Source: Candidatus Tiddalikarchaeum anstoanum | GTDB lineage: Archaea > Nanobdellota > Nanobdellia > Tiddalikarchaeales > Tiddalikarchaeaceae | Length of the DNA stretch: 64,000 nucleotides | NCBI GenBank assembly: GCA_902385255.1 | Contig: CABMEV010000004.1 | Coordinates: 34,590-98,589, forward strand | Direction of reading: 5' to 3' | In this document: piece by piece, positions 9,526 through 19,107 of the stretch | Numbering within the stretch: the first letter of the stretch is position 1 | Layout of the letters: each line of letters starts with the position of its first letter | Notes under the pieces: generated by a model | Databases searched by the model: none | The model's input: only the letters and a program-made list of their open reading frames with translations | What the model was told of the DNA's origin: nothing | Position numbers and translations under genes: made by a program

Positions 9526-10679
9526 GCGAGTTCGAGTCCATAGTAGGAAAGGAGAACTTGAATTATTTCCCTAATACGAAACTTGTTTACTCATCTGACG
9601 CTTCAATGTATAAGGGTAATCCTTTAGTTGTATTATGGCCTGAAACTATAGAGCAGATTCAGAAAATAGTTATGATTGCAAAGAAGAACTTCTTAGATAT
9701 TACAACAAGAGGAGGAGGAACCGGACTTGTCGGCGGCGCTGTTCCAAAACGCTCAATAGTGCTGAACATGTCGAAAATGAATAAAATCTTAGACTTTGAT
9801 AATGACAGCATCCTCGTCGAGGCAGGTATTGTGCTTGATGACTTAAACATGATATTATCGCAGAAAGGATTGTATTTTCCAATAATCCCTTCAAGCCATG
9901 AGGTCTGCACCATAGGAGGTATGATTTCATGCAACGCTTCAGGAAAAAGAGCAGTCAAGTACGGAAGCACCAAGAATTATATAAATTATTTAGAAGTGGT
10001 TGACGGAAGCGGAGCTGTAAGGAAAGTAAACGATGTGGAAAAGTTCTGCGGAACAGAGGGCACGGTCGGAATAATAGTGAATGCGGAATTAAAACTGGAG
10101 ATGCTTCCGAAAAAAATCTCAATGGATGTTTTCAAATTTGACAGGGCAACTGACATGTCAATCTACACTCCGGAATTGAAGGAGAAGCCTCAATTATTAA
10201 GTTTGGAATTGTTAGACCCAAAGACCAGCAGCATGTTAAACCTGGAAGAGAGATATCACTTGATAGCCGAGTATGAGAACTCGCTTGGCGAGATAAGAGA
10301 GCCTGAAGAGATTGAAAAATGGGACTCGTTAAGGGATAGTGCTTATTCGAAAATTGCAGGGTTAGGGTACTCGTTGATTGAAGACCCGGAGATATTGGAT
10401 GATGAGAAGCTTGCAGTTTTCATGAAATACTTGGAAGGATTGAATGTGCCTTTCTTCGGCCATGTTGGTATTGGGATACTGCACCCTTGCTTTAAGCAGG
10501 GAACAGACCTTGCTGATTTTTTCAAAACAGTCGAGTCATTGGGCGGCAGCGTGACTGGTGAGCACGGGATTGGATTAGCCAAGAAGAAGTATACTCCAAA
10601 AATCATGAGGGATAAATTACTGCTTTACAAGAAAAGTTTTGACCCTTCAAACATATTGAACAGAGGCAAGATAATATGA
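9516..10679 (+). CDS. FAD-linked oxidase/dehydrogenase (GlcD/D-lactate dehydrogenase family)
   Basis: RGGGTGLVGGAVP, TIGGMISCNASG, GTEGTVGII, TGEHGIG, FDPSNILNRGK. Confidence 0.92.
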   Translation: MHLSEFESIVGKENLNYFPNTKLVYSSDASMYKGNPLVVLWPETIEQIQKIVMIAKKNFLDITTRGGGTGLVGGAVPKRSIVLNMSKMNKILDFDNDSILVEAGIVLDDLNMILSQKGLYFPIIPSSHEVCTIGGMISCNASGKRAVKYGSTKNYINYLEVVDGSGAVRKVNDVEKFCGTEGTVGIIVNAELKLEMLPKKISMDVFKFDRATDMSIYTPELKEKPQLLSLELLDPKTSSMLNLEERYHLIAEYENSLGEIREPEEIEKWDSLRDSAYSKIAGLGYSLIEDPEILDDEKLAVFMKYLEGLNVPFFGHVGIGILHPCFKQGTDLADFFKTVESLGGSVTGEHGIGLAKKKYTPKIMRDKLLLYKKSFDPSNILNRGKII

Positions 10680-11020
10680 CTGACGTTAAGAAGAAGCCAT
10701 TATCAGGATGCATTAACTGCGGCATGTGCAATGCAGATTGTCCAACTCTTAAAGCCACGAATAATGAATTGTTCGGTCCGAGAGGGCGTGCTAACATGGT
10801 TAATAATAATTCTTCTGATGAATCTTTCTACATCTGCACTTTATGCAGGGCATGCGAGGCAAAATGCCCGCTAAACTTGGAGCTTGATTTTAGGAAAGAG
10901 AGGGGTAAATTGCAGAGAACGAAAGCGAATGAGGAAATGATAAAGAATATAAGAAAATACGGGAACCCAATAGGCGAATTGAAAGATGGTAAAGTCCCTG
11001 ATGAATTATACTGCTGCTAA
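10676..11020 (+). CDS. 4Fe-4S dicluster protein (GlcF N-terminal-like)
   Basis: CINCGMCNADCP, GPRGR, CTLCRACEAKCP. Confidence 0.88.
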   Translation: MTDVKKKPLSGCINCGMCNADCPTLKATNNELFGPRGRANMVNNNSSDESFYICTLCRACEAKCPLNLELDFRKERGKLQRTKANEEMIKNIRKYGNPIGELKDGKVPDELYCC

Positions 11021-11025
11021 GAATT

Positions 11026-11358
11026 TTACTTTTTGACTAGTTCTAATCTGATTAAGTATTCACCTATTTCTATGTCTGATTTGGTTGCGGAGTCTGTATG
11101 CATATATTTATTGCTGATTTTTATTGACATATCAGGTGATACGTTGACGCATTTTAAGTCGGCAAACGCGTCGTTGCATATTTTTACGCAGAAATTATAA
11201 GGAAGGTTAGACAAGCATATTGAATCTTTTATTTCTTTTATTTCTTCGTTGCCTATGAAAACTCCTTTCTCTAATGAGTTAGGGTTAAAATTATGATTGC
11301 TGACTGCTGAACCGTCTTTTTTTGTGATGTTAACATTTAGTATGTATTCAATATTCAT
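11026..11358 (-). CDS. Hypothetical protein
   Basis: 110-aa ORF filling the gap, ATG start. Confidence 0.55.
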   Translation of the reverse strand: MNIEYILNVNITKKDGSAVSNHNFNPNSLEKGVFIGNEEIKEIKDSICLSNLPYNFCVKICNDAFADLKCVNVSPDMSIKISNKYMHTDSATKSDIEIGEYLIRLELVKK

Positions 11359-11477
11359 CTTATTTTAATATTTATTTACTTTATTATTAAATCTTTGTAA
11401 TAATTCTTTTGTGACAATTTAAAAAAAAATACTAGTTCCATAACTTTTTAATATATCTATATATTTGGTAATAATAT

Positions 11478-11762
11478 ATGGCAAAAACATTGTCTAAACT
11501 TGTTTTGAAGGATTTCTACGCTGACTGGTGCGGTCCTTGCAGGATGCAGACTCCTATAATTCAAGAATTGGAGAAGGAATTTAAGGGTAAAGTATCTTTT
11601 GAGAAGATAAATGTTGATAACAACCAGGCTCTGGCTGGAAAATATGGTGTTTCTGGAATACCAACGATAATAATAGAGAAAGACGGGAAAATCGTGAAAC
11701 GATTTTCTGAATTAACAGAGAAAGAAGTTTTAAAGAAAGCGTTGATGGAGAGTATGAAATGA
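11478..11762 (+). CDS. trxA: Thioredoxin
   Basis: DFYADWCGPC, GIPT. Confidence 0.93.
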   Translation: MAKTLSKLVLKDFYADWCGPCRMQTPIIQELEKEFKGKVSFEKINVDNNQALAGKYGVSGIPTIIIEKDGKIVKRFSELTEKEVLKKALMESMK

Positions 11763-12025
11763 TTCGAAGATTAAAAGCGGAATTGTTGGAAAATAAGCGC
11801 GCTTTTTATGCAACTCTCGTTTGCTTGTGCACTGTAATTATTAATTTATGGTATTATTTTGCATACCAGAAAAGTCCTTTGACACTAGTATCATTATTAC
11901 CTATCGTGTTTTGGATAGCGTATGACGGCAACGAGCACGAGCAGGCGACAACCAAAGGCTACTGGGTATGGGTTGTCTTATTATTAGTTACAACAATAAT
12001 AGCACTGGAATTCCCACTGCTCTAA
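11759..12025 (+). CDS. Small membrane protein
   Basis: Three hydrophobic segments; ATGA overlap with thioredoxin. Confidence 0.65.
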   Translation: MIRRLKAELLENKRAFYATLVCLCTVIINLWYYFAYQKSPLTLVSLLPIVFWIAYDGNEHEQATTKGYWVWVVLLLVTTIIALEFPLL

Positions 12026-12043
12026 AATTTTTAATAATTTTTT

Positions 12044-12820
12044 TTATAGAAATTTTTCCGCATTCTCTTCAAATATCTTATTCATTTTGCCTTGGGGTAT
12101 TATTTTTCTAACAGCTTCAAGATAATTGTTATACTCTTTTTCCGGTTTTGAATTATTAAAATCGGTTTCGAAACAAACTAACTTCTCTAATCCTTTTTCC
12201 ATGGCTGTTTTAACATATCCGACTTCGTTTGTGAAACATTTATATGATGAAGTTCCGAGGAATAAGTTGCCCTCCATTTTTTGAACTCTAAAATTATCAA
12301 TTTGATTATTCATTAATGGTTTATTTATAGCTTCGGCGCCGTGCGCTAAGTAAAATTTAATTCCTTGTTTAACGTAAGGTTCTAATATGTTTATTTCTTT
12401 ATCAGTTAAAATGTAAGTGTGAAATTGAAATTTATCATAACCTTTTTTTATAAAAAAATCAAGAAAATCATTAAATCTTTGATTATTTTTATCGCTTAAT
12501 ATGTCTCCGTGTAATTTAATAAAATCAAGTTTAGGCTCATTATTATAATCATCCTCTTTGTATGTGTCGCTTTCAATGAAGAATTGGATTCCTGTCGTTA
12601 ATGCAATTTCGTCTTTATACTCATCTTTTAGTTCATCACCTAATTTTTGATAATTGATTCCATGCCACTTATTTACTAAATAGGGCCAGTATATGGCATT
12701 TATTTGAGTGGTATTATATTTCTTTAATTCAGGGATTAATGCTTTGAAATTCTTCTTAATATTATTAATAGTCAATTTGCAGTTTGGATCCTGCATGTGA
12801 AAATGCGCATCAATAGTCAT
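12044..12820 (-). CDS. Amidohydrolase-superfamily (TIM-barrel) protein
   Basis: IDAHFH, IKLH, FH, LAHG, FETD, ENAEKFL. Confidence 0.75.
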   Translation of the reverse strand: MTIDAHFHMQDPNCKLTINNIKKNFKALIPELKKYNTTQINAIYWPYLVNKWHGINYQKLGDELKDEYKDEIALTTGIQFFIESDTYKEDDYNNEPKLDFIKLHGDILSDKNNQRFNDFLDFFIKKGYDKFQFHTYILTDKEINILEPYVKQGIKFYLAHGAEAINKPLMNNQIDNFRVQKMEGNLFLGTSSYKCFTNEVGYVKTAMEKGLEKLVCFETDFNNSKPEKEYNNYLEAVRKIIPQGKMNKIFEENAEKFL

Positions 12821-12921
12821 ATTTAAAGTCTAGAAAAAAATCTGCTTAAAAGGATTTTTACTGGAATTAGCGGAAGTTTTATCATTATCTTCTTTAAAAA
12901 TCAAGTCATTTTTTCTATTTT

Positions 12922-13203
12922 ATGATAGCTCAATTAATTCCAGGCATGAAAGACCTGAAAATCAACGGCAAAATAGATTCTAAGTCCGAGAAGCGCAGCG
13001 TGAATACGCGTTATGGCAAAACATTCGTATGCGATGTACTGTTAAAGGACGAGTCCGGCAAAGTGGAGTTAACACTTTGGGGCGACCAGGCAGGACTTGT
13101 AAAAGAAGGGGATAATGTCGAGATACACGGCGCTTACACCACTGAATGGCAGGGGATAACAAAACTTAACATTCCAAAAAGCGGAGAAATAAAAAAAGTA
13201 TAA
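12922..13203 (+). CDS. ssb: Single-OB-fold single-stranded DNA-binding protein
   Basis: LKDESGKVELTLWG, GDNVEIHGAYTTEWQG, typical of archaeal SSB/RPA OB fold. Confidence 0.88.
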   Translation: MIAQLIPGMKDLKINGKIDSKSEKRSVNTRYGKTFVCDVLLKDESGKVELTLWGDQAGLVKEGDNVEIHGAYTTEWQGITKLNIPKSGEIKKV

Positions 13204-13204
13204 T

Positions 13205-13942
13205 TCAGATTAATTCAGCATTTTCTTGTTCAATGCCTTTCTTCATTAACTTGTTTACTTCTTTTAATTTCTTATTATTTAATTCATTTGGTGCATTTTT
13301 GAATATTATTTTTAAGATTTCATATCCTTCCTTGTCATTTTGGACGTTAATTACCAAGTTTTTCTTGCTGTTTTTTAAAAATATTACTACATCCCTTGAG
13401 GTGCCAAAGGGTATTATTCCATAAAGTTTGGTGTGCATCCTGATTATTTTTGCTGTAATAATCTCGGAAAAAGTCGTCCAGCTGTAGCGGAAAAAAGAAG
13501 GTGCAATTATGAAATGTTTGGTAATCCTGCAGTGGCTGAACTTGGTTCCTTTTTCATTGTTCAATTCTGTCTCGAACAGGTTTAAAAGATTTCCAGGGTT
13601 TTTGAATCTGAAAAATTTTGCAAAATCAGGATGTTTTTGGATATTATCTTTGGTGCTTATGTAAAAGTGAAGGTATTTTATCCCTTTCCATATGAATACG
13701 AGAGCCATAATTGGTATTATAATAATTTCTATAATGTTCATTTCTGTTATTCCTATGAATATCAGGTATGTGATGGCGAGCGCGATTAGAAAAAATAATA
13801 CTGCTGCAAATAGATTACGCATATCTCTTTTTTTAATTTCCAGGTAAATTGCAGTGTTTTTGACCAAAATAGTTTTATCTGCCACAATATTTATTACTAT
13901 ATTACTTTCAATATATATGTTTCTATTTCCAAATGAAATCAA
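13205..13942 (-). CDS. Membrane protein, hypothetical
   Basis: Two TM helices followed by a beta-rich soluble domain. Confidence 0.6.
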   Translation of the reverse strand: MISFGNRNIYIESNIVINIVADKTILVKNTAIYLEIKKRDMRNLFAAVLFFLIALAITYLIFIGITEMNIIEIIIIPIMALVFIWKGIKYLHFYISTKDNIQKHPDFAKFFRFKNPGNLLNLFETELNNEKGTKFSHCRITKHFIIAPSFFRYSWTTFSEIITAKIIRMHTKLYGIIPFGTSRDVVIFLKNSKKNLVINVQNDKEGYEILKIIFKNAPNELNNKKLKEVNKLMKKGIEQENAELI

Positions 13943-13993
13943 TTAAAAAATTATAAAAAAAAATTAAAAAAGAAAAATTTCTAAAAAAATAAT

Positions 13994-14338
13994 TTATTTT
14001 TTCTTTTTATCTTCTTTTTTCTCTACTTTCTCTTCTTTCTTTTCAGCTGGTGCTGATTCTTTCTTTGGTAATTCTTTGTATTTCTTTATTAACTTGTTCA
14101 AAGAGTCAACGAGGAAAGTGTGTATGTCTTCGTTTGCTGAGAAACCAAGGCTGTTCTTGTACTTCCTCATATTGTTCTGCGTTATGAATCCTTTTGATAT
14201 TGAGAAGAATGTATTTCCTCCAACACCTTCAGTCTCCTTTAACGCTACTTCGATAAAGTTTCTAGTTCCATACGTTTTTTCAAATTTCTCAATTGTCTTA
14301 AAAACGGGTCTTTCATTCTTAATTTCTTGTTCTACCAT
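13994..14338 (-). CDS. Conserved archaeal hypothetical protein (possible PC4-like nucleic-acid-binding fold)
   Basis: SD GAGGTG upstream; NFIEVA...FFSISKGF...KYKNSLGF; charged tail. Confidence 0.6.
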   Translation of the reverse strand: MVEQEIKNERPVFKTIEKFEKTYGTRNFIEVALKETEGVGGNTFFSISKGFITQNNMRKYKNSLGFSANEDIHTFLVDSLNKLIKKYKELPKKESAPAEKKEEKVEKKEDKKKK

Positions 14339-14402
14339 ATCTTATTTACACCTCAATTATTTCTTATTAAAAGAAGGAATCTACTCATTATTAAAAATTT
14401 TT

Positions 14403-15758
14403 TCATGTATAAGAGGTTTTAACTTCTTTGTCGCAGTTAGTCTTTTTCTTCTCATTTATGGCAAAAAAGATATCATTTTCGCTTATTAGGACATCTTTTT
14501 GCCCAACTTGAGCATTTACGAAGTTAATATTACTACCCTTATCTAATGAGCACCCTGTTGAGTTCGTTTTCAGATACTCCTTAAATACTTTTTTGCCTGC
14601 ATTTTTGACTACATATTCGATGTCAGCACCGCTGTAATCTTTGGTAATGCTTGATAAGTGTTTTGTATCTATTACACTATGTTTTTTGTTTTTAAGACAA
14701 ATATTGAATATTTCCTCGCGGGCTTTCTCATCAGGAAGTTCGATTTCTATAAGCGTGTCGAGCCTTCCCGGTCTCTTTATGGCTTCATCTACATAGTTAA
14801 TCATATTGGTTGTTCCAAAAATTAAGACATTAGATAATGCTTGGACACCATCAAGTCTTGCCAAGAAAGTACTGACAAGTTTATGGGTGGCTTCATGAAT
14901 ATCCATCCTTCTTGAAGGAAGAAAAGAATCTATTTCATCAAAAACCATAACTACATATTTATCCTTAATACTACTAACTTTATCGAATAATGCATTTACA
15001 TTTCTTTCTTCGTCGCCGTAATATTTCCCTGTTAAATCCGAAAGTTTAACTAGTTGAAACTCTGCCTTTATTTCATTAGCGAATGCTTTGGCAAGCAGGG
15101 TCTTTCCGCAGCCAGGGGGACCATATAAGATGATACCTTTGGTTAATTCTCCTGCAAGTTGTTTATACAGCTCTTTATTGTTAAGAGCTCCAGCTATAAG
15201 TTTTAATTCATCTTTTGCTTTATAGCAGCCCCCTACATCTTCAAAAGTTAATTTATTGTTTGATTCAAAATTTAAGTTAAGAGTTTCATTCTTATTGCAA
15301 AATCTTTCTTTTAAAGTATTGAAAACGTTGAGCGTTGGTTTTACTCTTACATCTTTATGCTTATTAATACTGTTTAAGTTCAATATATCTTCTATGTTCT
15401 TGAAAAAGACAGGTAACGTGTCACTTACGTTTTCGTTAGGTAAAAAATACATATTTGAATATAATAATAATGAATTATTGTTGCTGTCAGTCCACACTTT
15501 TCCATCAGTTATACAATATTCCTTTTTTTCTACTTTATTATAAGATTTACTTCTGATATCAAAATTTGCAAAGTAATAATATACACTGCCTTCTTCTTCA
15601 GTTCTACTTAATCCTGAATCTCGGATTTTGCATAAATTATTAAATTTTACATTTATATTAGTGAAGAAGCTGAAATTTTCACCATCATTGGGCATCTTTA
15701 ACGATTTTTCAATTTTTTTTAAGTCAGATTTCGGCAGTTGACCAACTTTTACGGGCAT
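14403..15758 (-). CDS. AAA+ ATPase (single CDC48/FtsH-type module)
   Basis: FEDVGG, GPPGCGKT, VFDEID, DEAIKRPGRLD, YSGADI. Confidence 0.9.
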   Translation of the reverse strand: MPVKVGQLPKSDLKKIEKSLKMPNDGENFSFFTNINVKFNNLCKIRDSGLSRTEEEGSVYYYFANFDIRSKSYNKVEKKEYCITDGKVWTDSNNNSLLLYSNMYFLPNENVSDTLPVFFKNIEDILNLNSINKHKDVRVKPTLNVFNTLKERFCNKNETLNLNFESNNKLTFEDVGGCYKAKDELKLIAGALNNKELYKQLAGELTKGIILYGPPGCGKTLLAKAFANEIKAEFQLVKLSDLTGKYYGDEERNVNALFDKVSSIKDKYVVMVFDEIDSFLPSRRMDIHEATHKLVSTFLARLDGVQALSNVLIFGTTNMINYVDEAIKRPGRLDTLIEIELPDEKAREEIFNICLKNKKHSVIDTKHLSSITKDYSGADIEYVVKNAGKKVFKEYLKTNSTGCSLDKGSNINFVNAQVGQKDVLISENDIFFAINEKKKTNCDKEVKTSYT

Positions 15759-15843
15759 AGTCAACTTTGATTCAAAGTTCTCTCTTTATATATTTATTGA
15801 GCTGTTAAAACTTTTTAAACGCTCTTTTTATTTCTGAGATTTG

Positions 15844-16260
15844 ATGAAATTACATGAATCATGTTTTTTGATTTTTTTATTAATTGCCGGGTGTACTGTT
15901 ATAGAGGTTGAATCTTCCGTTATTGCAGGATTAGGGACGGATTTCCAGTTGGGTATTGGGCAAATGGGTATTATAGAATCCGAGAACTTAAGTGTAATAT
16001 TCTTAAATGTCTCTGAGGATTCGCGCTGCCCTATAAGTGTTGAATGCATACAGGCAGGGAGGGTAATGGCTGATTTTAGCATTATTACAAACAGTTCAGT
16101 GATGAATTTCACTCTTATATTAAATTCTAACGGATCAGATTCTGTTGAAACAATCGGCAATTACTCAATCAAACTTGTAGAAGTTGTTCCAACAAGATTA
16201 CCTGACCATTATATAAGGCCTGAGGATTACTTGGCAACACTCTTAATTACTAAGGAATAA
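15844..16260 (+). CDS. Lipoprotein
   Basis: IAGC lipobox; EDSRCP..VECIQAG motif. Confidence 0.7.
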   Translation: MKLHESCFLIFLLIAGCTVIEVESSVIAGLGTDFQLGIGQMGIIESENLSVIFLNVSEDSRCPISVECIQAGRVMADFSIITNSSVMNFTLILNSNGSDSVETIGNYSIKLVEVVPTRLPDHYIRPEDYLATLLITKE

Positions 16261-16326
16261 AACGTTTTGCTTTATTATGAACAAGGATAAGATTAATAAA
16301 ATTAAAAGACTCTAAATCTCTTACTC

Positions 16327-17070
16327 ATGTTTGTTAAATCAAAAGATGGTGTCAGGATTTATTATGAACTAATTAGGAATGATAAGAAGTCTTTTTTGGT
16401 ATTTCTCCACGGCTTAGCTTCAAGTTCTAAATCATTCAAAAACCAGATTGACTATCTTAAAAAATATTATTCAATCATTGCGATAGATTTCAGGGGACAT
16501 GGGCAGTCAGACAAGCCTAAGGGTTCGGAGTATTACACAATTCAACATTCAATAAATGATATTAAGTCAGTTCTGTCCAAGGAAAATGTGAAGTCGTACA
16601 GTGTTATTGGCTTTAGCTTAGGCGGAGGAGTGGCGTTAAGGCTTGCGCAAAAAGATAATCGTGTTAATCATATTATTGTGATTAATCCTGCTTTTGGCAG
16701 GGAGTCCGTGAGGCCTTCTTTCCTGCTAAAATTATTTGCTGCAAAGTTTGTGCCCAGGTTTTTGATTAAATTATTTACAACATCTGAGGACGAGTCTAAA
16801 TTTTACGGACTTCTTGATGTTTATGGGAAGCACTTACTGCACACGCCAAGATACGTTTATGAGACTATAATCAAGACTGATGAGAGTGCTGATAGCATAA
16901 AATTGAAAAAGAAATTTACAATTATAAAATCTGATAATGACGAGATATTGAACTACTACGTGCCTAAGAATTTGAATTATGACTTAATGACTATTTCAGG
17001 CCACCATTACGTGCTTCCTGAGAACCCTAAAGAGCTGAATTCAGCGATATTATATGCTTTAGGAAAATGA
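16327..17070 (+). CDS. Alpha/beta hydrolase
   Basis: FLHG, DFRGHGQS, GFSLGG nucleophile elbow, C-terminal GHH. Confidence 0.92.
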   Translation: MFVKSKDGVRIYYELIRNDKKSFLVFLHGLASSSKSFKNQIDYLKKYYSIIAIDFRGHGQSDKPKGSEYYTIQHSINDIKSVLSKENVKSYSVIGFSLGGGVALRLAQKDNRVNHIIVINPAFGRESVRPSFLLKLFAAKFVPRFLIKLFTTSEDESKFYGLLDVYGKHLLHTPRYVYETIIKTDESADSIKLKKKFTIIKSDNDEILNYYVPKNLNYDLMTISGHHYVLPENPKELNSAILYALGK

Positions 17071-17120
17071 ATTTTTTTTAGAAAGGTTAATAAGCCTAAT
17101 TAGTTAGAACTAGTTTATTT

Positions 17121-17447
17121 ATGAAATATATTAGCGGCAATAAAGAATTTCCAGGGATGCATATTATTCCTCAAAGTTTGATGGAACAACTGTTCCTTAA
17201 ACAAGAACTGGATTATTATTTTAAAGGCATAAAGGCCACTTATTTGAATTTGTTAATGAGGATTAATAATATATACAAGTTTGATATGGGTGTAGTTCCG
17301 GAATTATGTATTATAGAAAAAGGGAGTCTGAACTCCATTCCTTATATTACAATTGATGACACTTTAGTTAATGAGGATAATGTTAAAACTATTGCTGAAG
17401 AGATTGGAATGCACGTATCTGTTCTTAATGAAAAAGATATGAAATAG
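17121..17447 (+). CDS. Hypothetical protein
   Basis: 108-aa ORF co-oriented with neighbours. Confidence 0.55.
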   Translation: MKYISGNKEFPGMHIIPQSLMEQLFLKQELDYYFKGIKATYLNLLMRINNIYKFDMGVVPELCIIEKGSLNSIPYITIDDTLVNEDNVKTIAEEIGMHVSVLNEKDMK

Positions 17448-17484
17448 AAACATTTATTAAAATAATTTTTTTGAAGAATGACTT

Positions 17485-17973
17485 ATGGATTTTGTTGACG
17501 AGCCTTGTCTTAATAAGGTGCTTAAGGTTGAGCAGAGAGGTTTTGGCTACTTAACTCCGGATTCTAAGAAGGATTATTTGGAAACAGTAGGATTATTCGT
17601 ATGCCTTGGTGTTTATTGCGAGAAGAGAGGGGAATTTCAGGTCTTATGCCATTTTGATACTGACCCTGTAAAACAGTTTAATATAATGATGAAATACTTA
17701 TACAAGAATGATTTTTCGAACACTGATTTTGACAGAGTCGAAATAATAGGAGGACGGAACGCTTTCGTTCCGAACATTGAGAAATTGAGTTTTTCAATGG
17801 AAACCAGGGGATACTATGCTGAGGTTAAAGTATTTGATTTAAGGTCAGTAAGTATATTATATGATAAAATGGGCGGATATAAATTTTTGAATCCGAAAAG
17901 GGAAATAATTAACTCATCTATTCTTTTGATGAAAGGTATTAAGTGTGAGAATACAGGATTTGAAATATTCTAA
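17485..17973 (+). CDS. Hypothetical protein, possible CheD/CNF1-like Cys-His deamidase fold
   Basis: LETVGLFVCLGV...VLCHFD...IIGG pattern. Confidence 0.5.
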   Translation: MDFVDEPCLNKVLKVEQRGFGYLTPDSKKDYLETVGLFVCLGVYCEKRGEFQVLCHFDTDPVKQFNIMMKYLYKNDFSNTDFDRVEIIGGRNAFVPNIEKLSFSMETRGYYAEVKVFDLRSVSILYDKMGGYKFLNPKREIINSSILLMKGIKCENTGFEIF

Positions 17974-18962
17974 TTATTTTTTTTTGCAAAACTTTCAGCC
18001 ACTAAGATTGGGAATAGTATTGTGGCATCCCCGAATACTTTCACGCTTTCTCCTTTAGGTGTTATCTTACCCCAGGATACTGCCTCCTCTGGGAGCGCTC
18101 CCGCATCGCTTCCGTCGAATTCTTGTGCAGTGTTGATGTAGACTGCGTAATCTGCCCCGTTTCTCATCATGTTAGTGTTTAAGATGTGGTGTTTTATTAT
18201 TCCCGAACCTAGTATTAATACTCCTGATTTTTTCACACTCATTGTTTCCTCATTTATGTTTTTGATGTCTTCGGAAATGTCTACCTTGAAGTCCGGATTT
18301 TTAAATTTGAAAAAGTATATGTTATCTCCTATTGCTCCGTCGGTCAGTGCAGGGCAGTAGATTCTTATCTTGTTCTTGTAAGCCCAGTAGCAGATGCTTT
18401 TTGGATTGTTTATTTTCTCTCCCATCTTCCAGATTATGTCTGATGGCGTGAATACTGTTCCTGATTTTTTCTGTTCTTCGTTTATTTCTTTTAATAATGG
18501 CTGAAAGAAGTCTTCAAATTTCATGTATCTTGAGTTTGGCACGAATATGTTTCCTATCCTGTTTATTCCTTTGCTTCTTAATTCGCTTCCGTTTGCACGA
18601 AAGTCTCCCATTATGAAGTCGCCTAAGCATTTTATTATGTCTTCTTCGATTCCTCCTGCTGTGGAAACTATCAGGTTTACTTTTTTATTCTGGACTAAGT
18701 ACCTGATTATATCCCTAAGTCCTGAGCTTACAAGGTTTGATGTATAGCCTAAGTATATGAATGCTTTATCGTTAATCATCTTGTTCGTTATTGATATTGC
18801 TTTTGCGAAATTAGTAGCTTGGAAGCCTGTTGAGGCAAAACTGCTTATTATCTTTTCATAGTTTACGCCGTTGTCGAAGTTGTATCCCTCAACTTTTACT
18901 CCGCTTACTTCGCTGCTCTCCCTTAAAACGTTCTTCCTTGCAGCGTCAATGCTTTTACTCAT
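17970..18962 (-). CDS. dhs: Deoxyhypusine synthase
   Basis: TGFQATN, GYTSNLVSSGLR, TAGGIEED, NRIGN, PALTDG, EFDGSDAGA.PEEAVSWGK. Confidence 0.97.
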   Translation of the reverse strand: MSKSIDAARKNVLRESSEVSGVKVEGYNFDNGVNYEKIISSFASTGFQATNFAKAISITNKMINDKAFIYLGYTSNLVSSGLRDIIRYLVQNKKVNLIVSTAGGIEEDIIKCLGDFIMGDFRANGSELRSKGINRIGNIFVPNSRYMKFEDFFQPLLKEINEEQKKSGTVFTPSDIIWKMGEKINNPKSICYWAYKNKIRIYCPALTDGAIGDNIYFFKFKNPDFKVDISEDIKNINEETMSVKKSGVLILGSGIIKHHILNTNMMRNGADYAVYINTAQEFDGSDAGALPEEAVSWGKITPKGESVKVFGDATILFPILVAESFAKKNN

Positions 18963-19107
18963 ATCATTAATAACCTCTTTTTTCGAGTTAATAAAAGTTA
19001 CTTATTTTTAAAACCCGTTTTTTTTTTTAACTTGGTTGCTATCCAAAATTGGGAATAAGATTTAAGAACTTATTTAAAATATCAATTACTTTAACATATC
19101 AATAATT

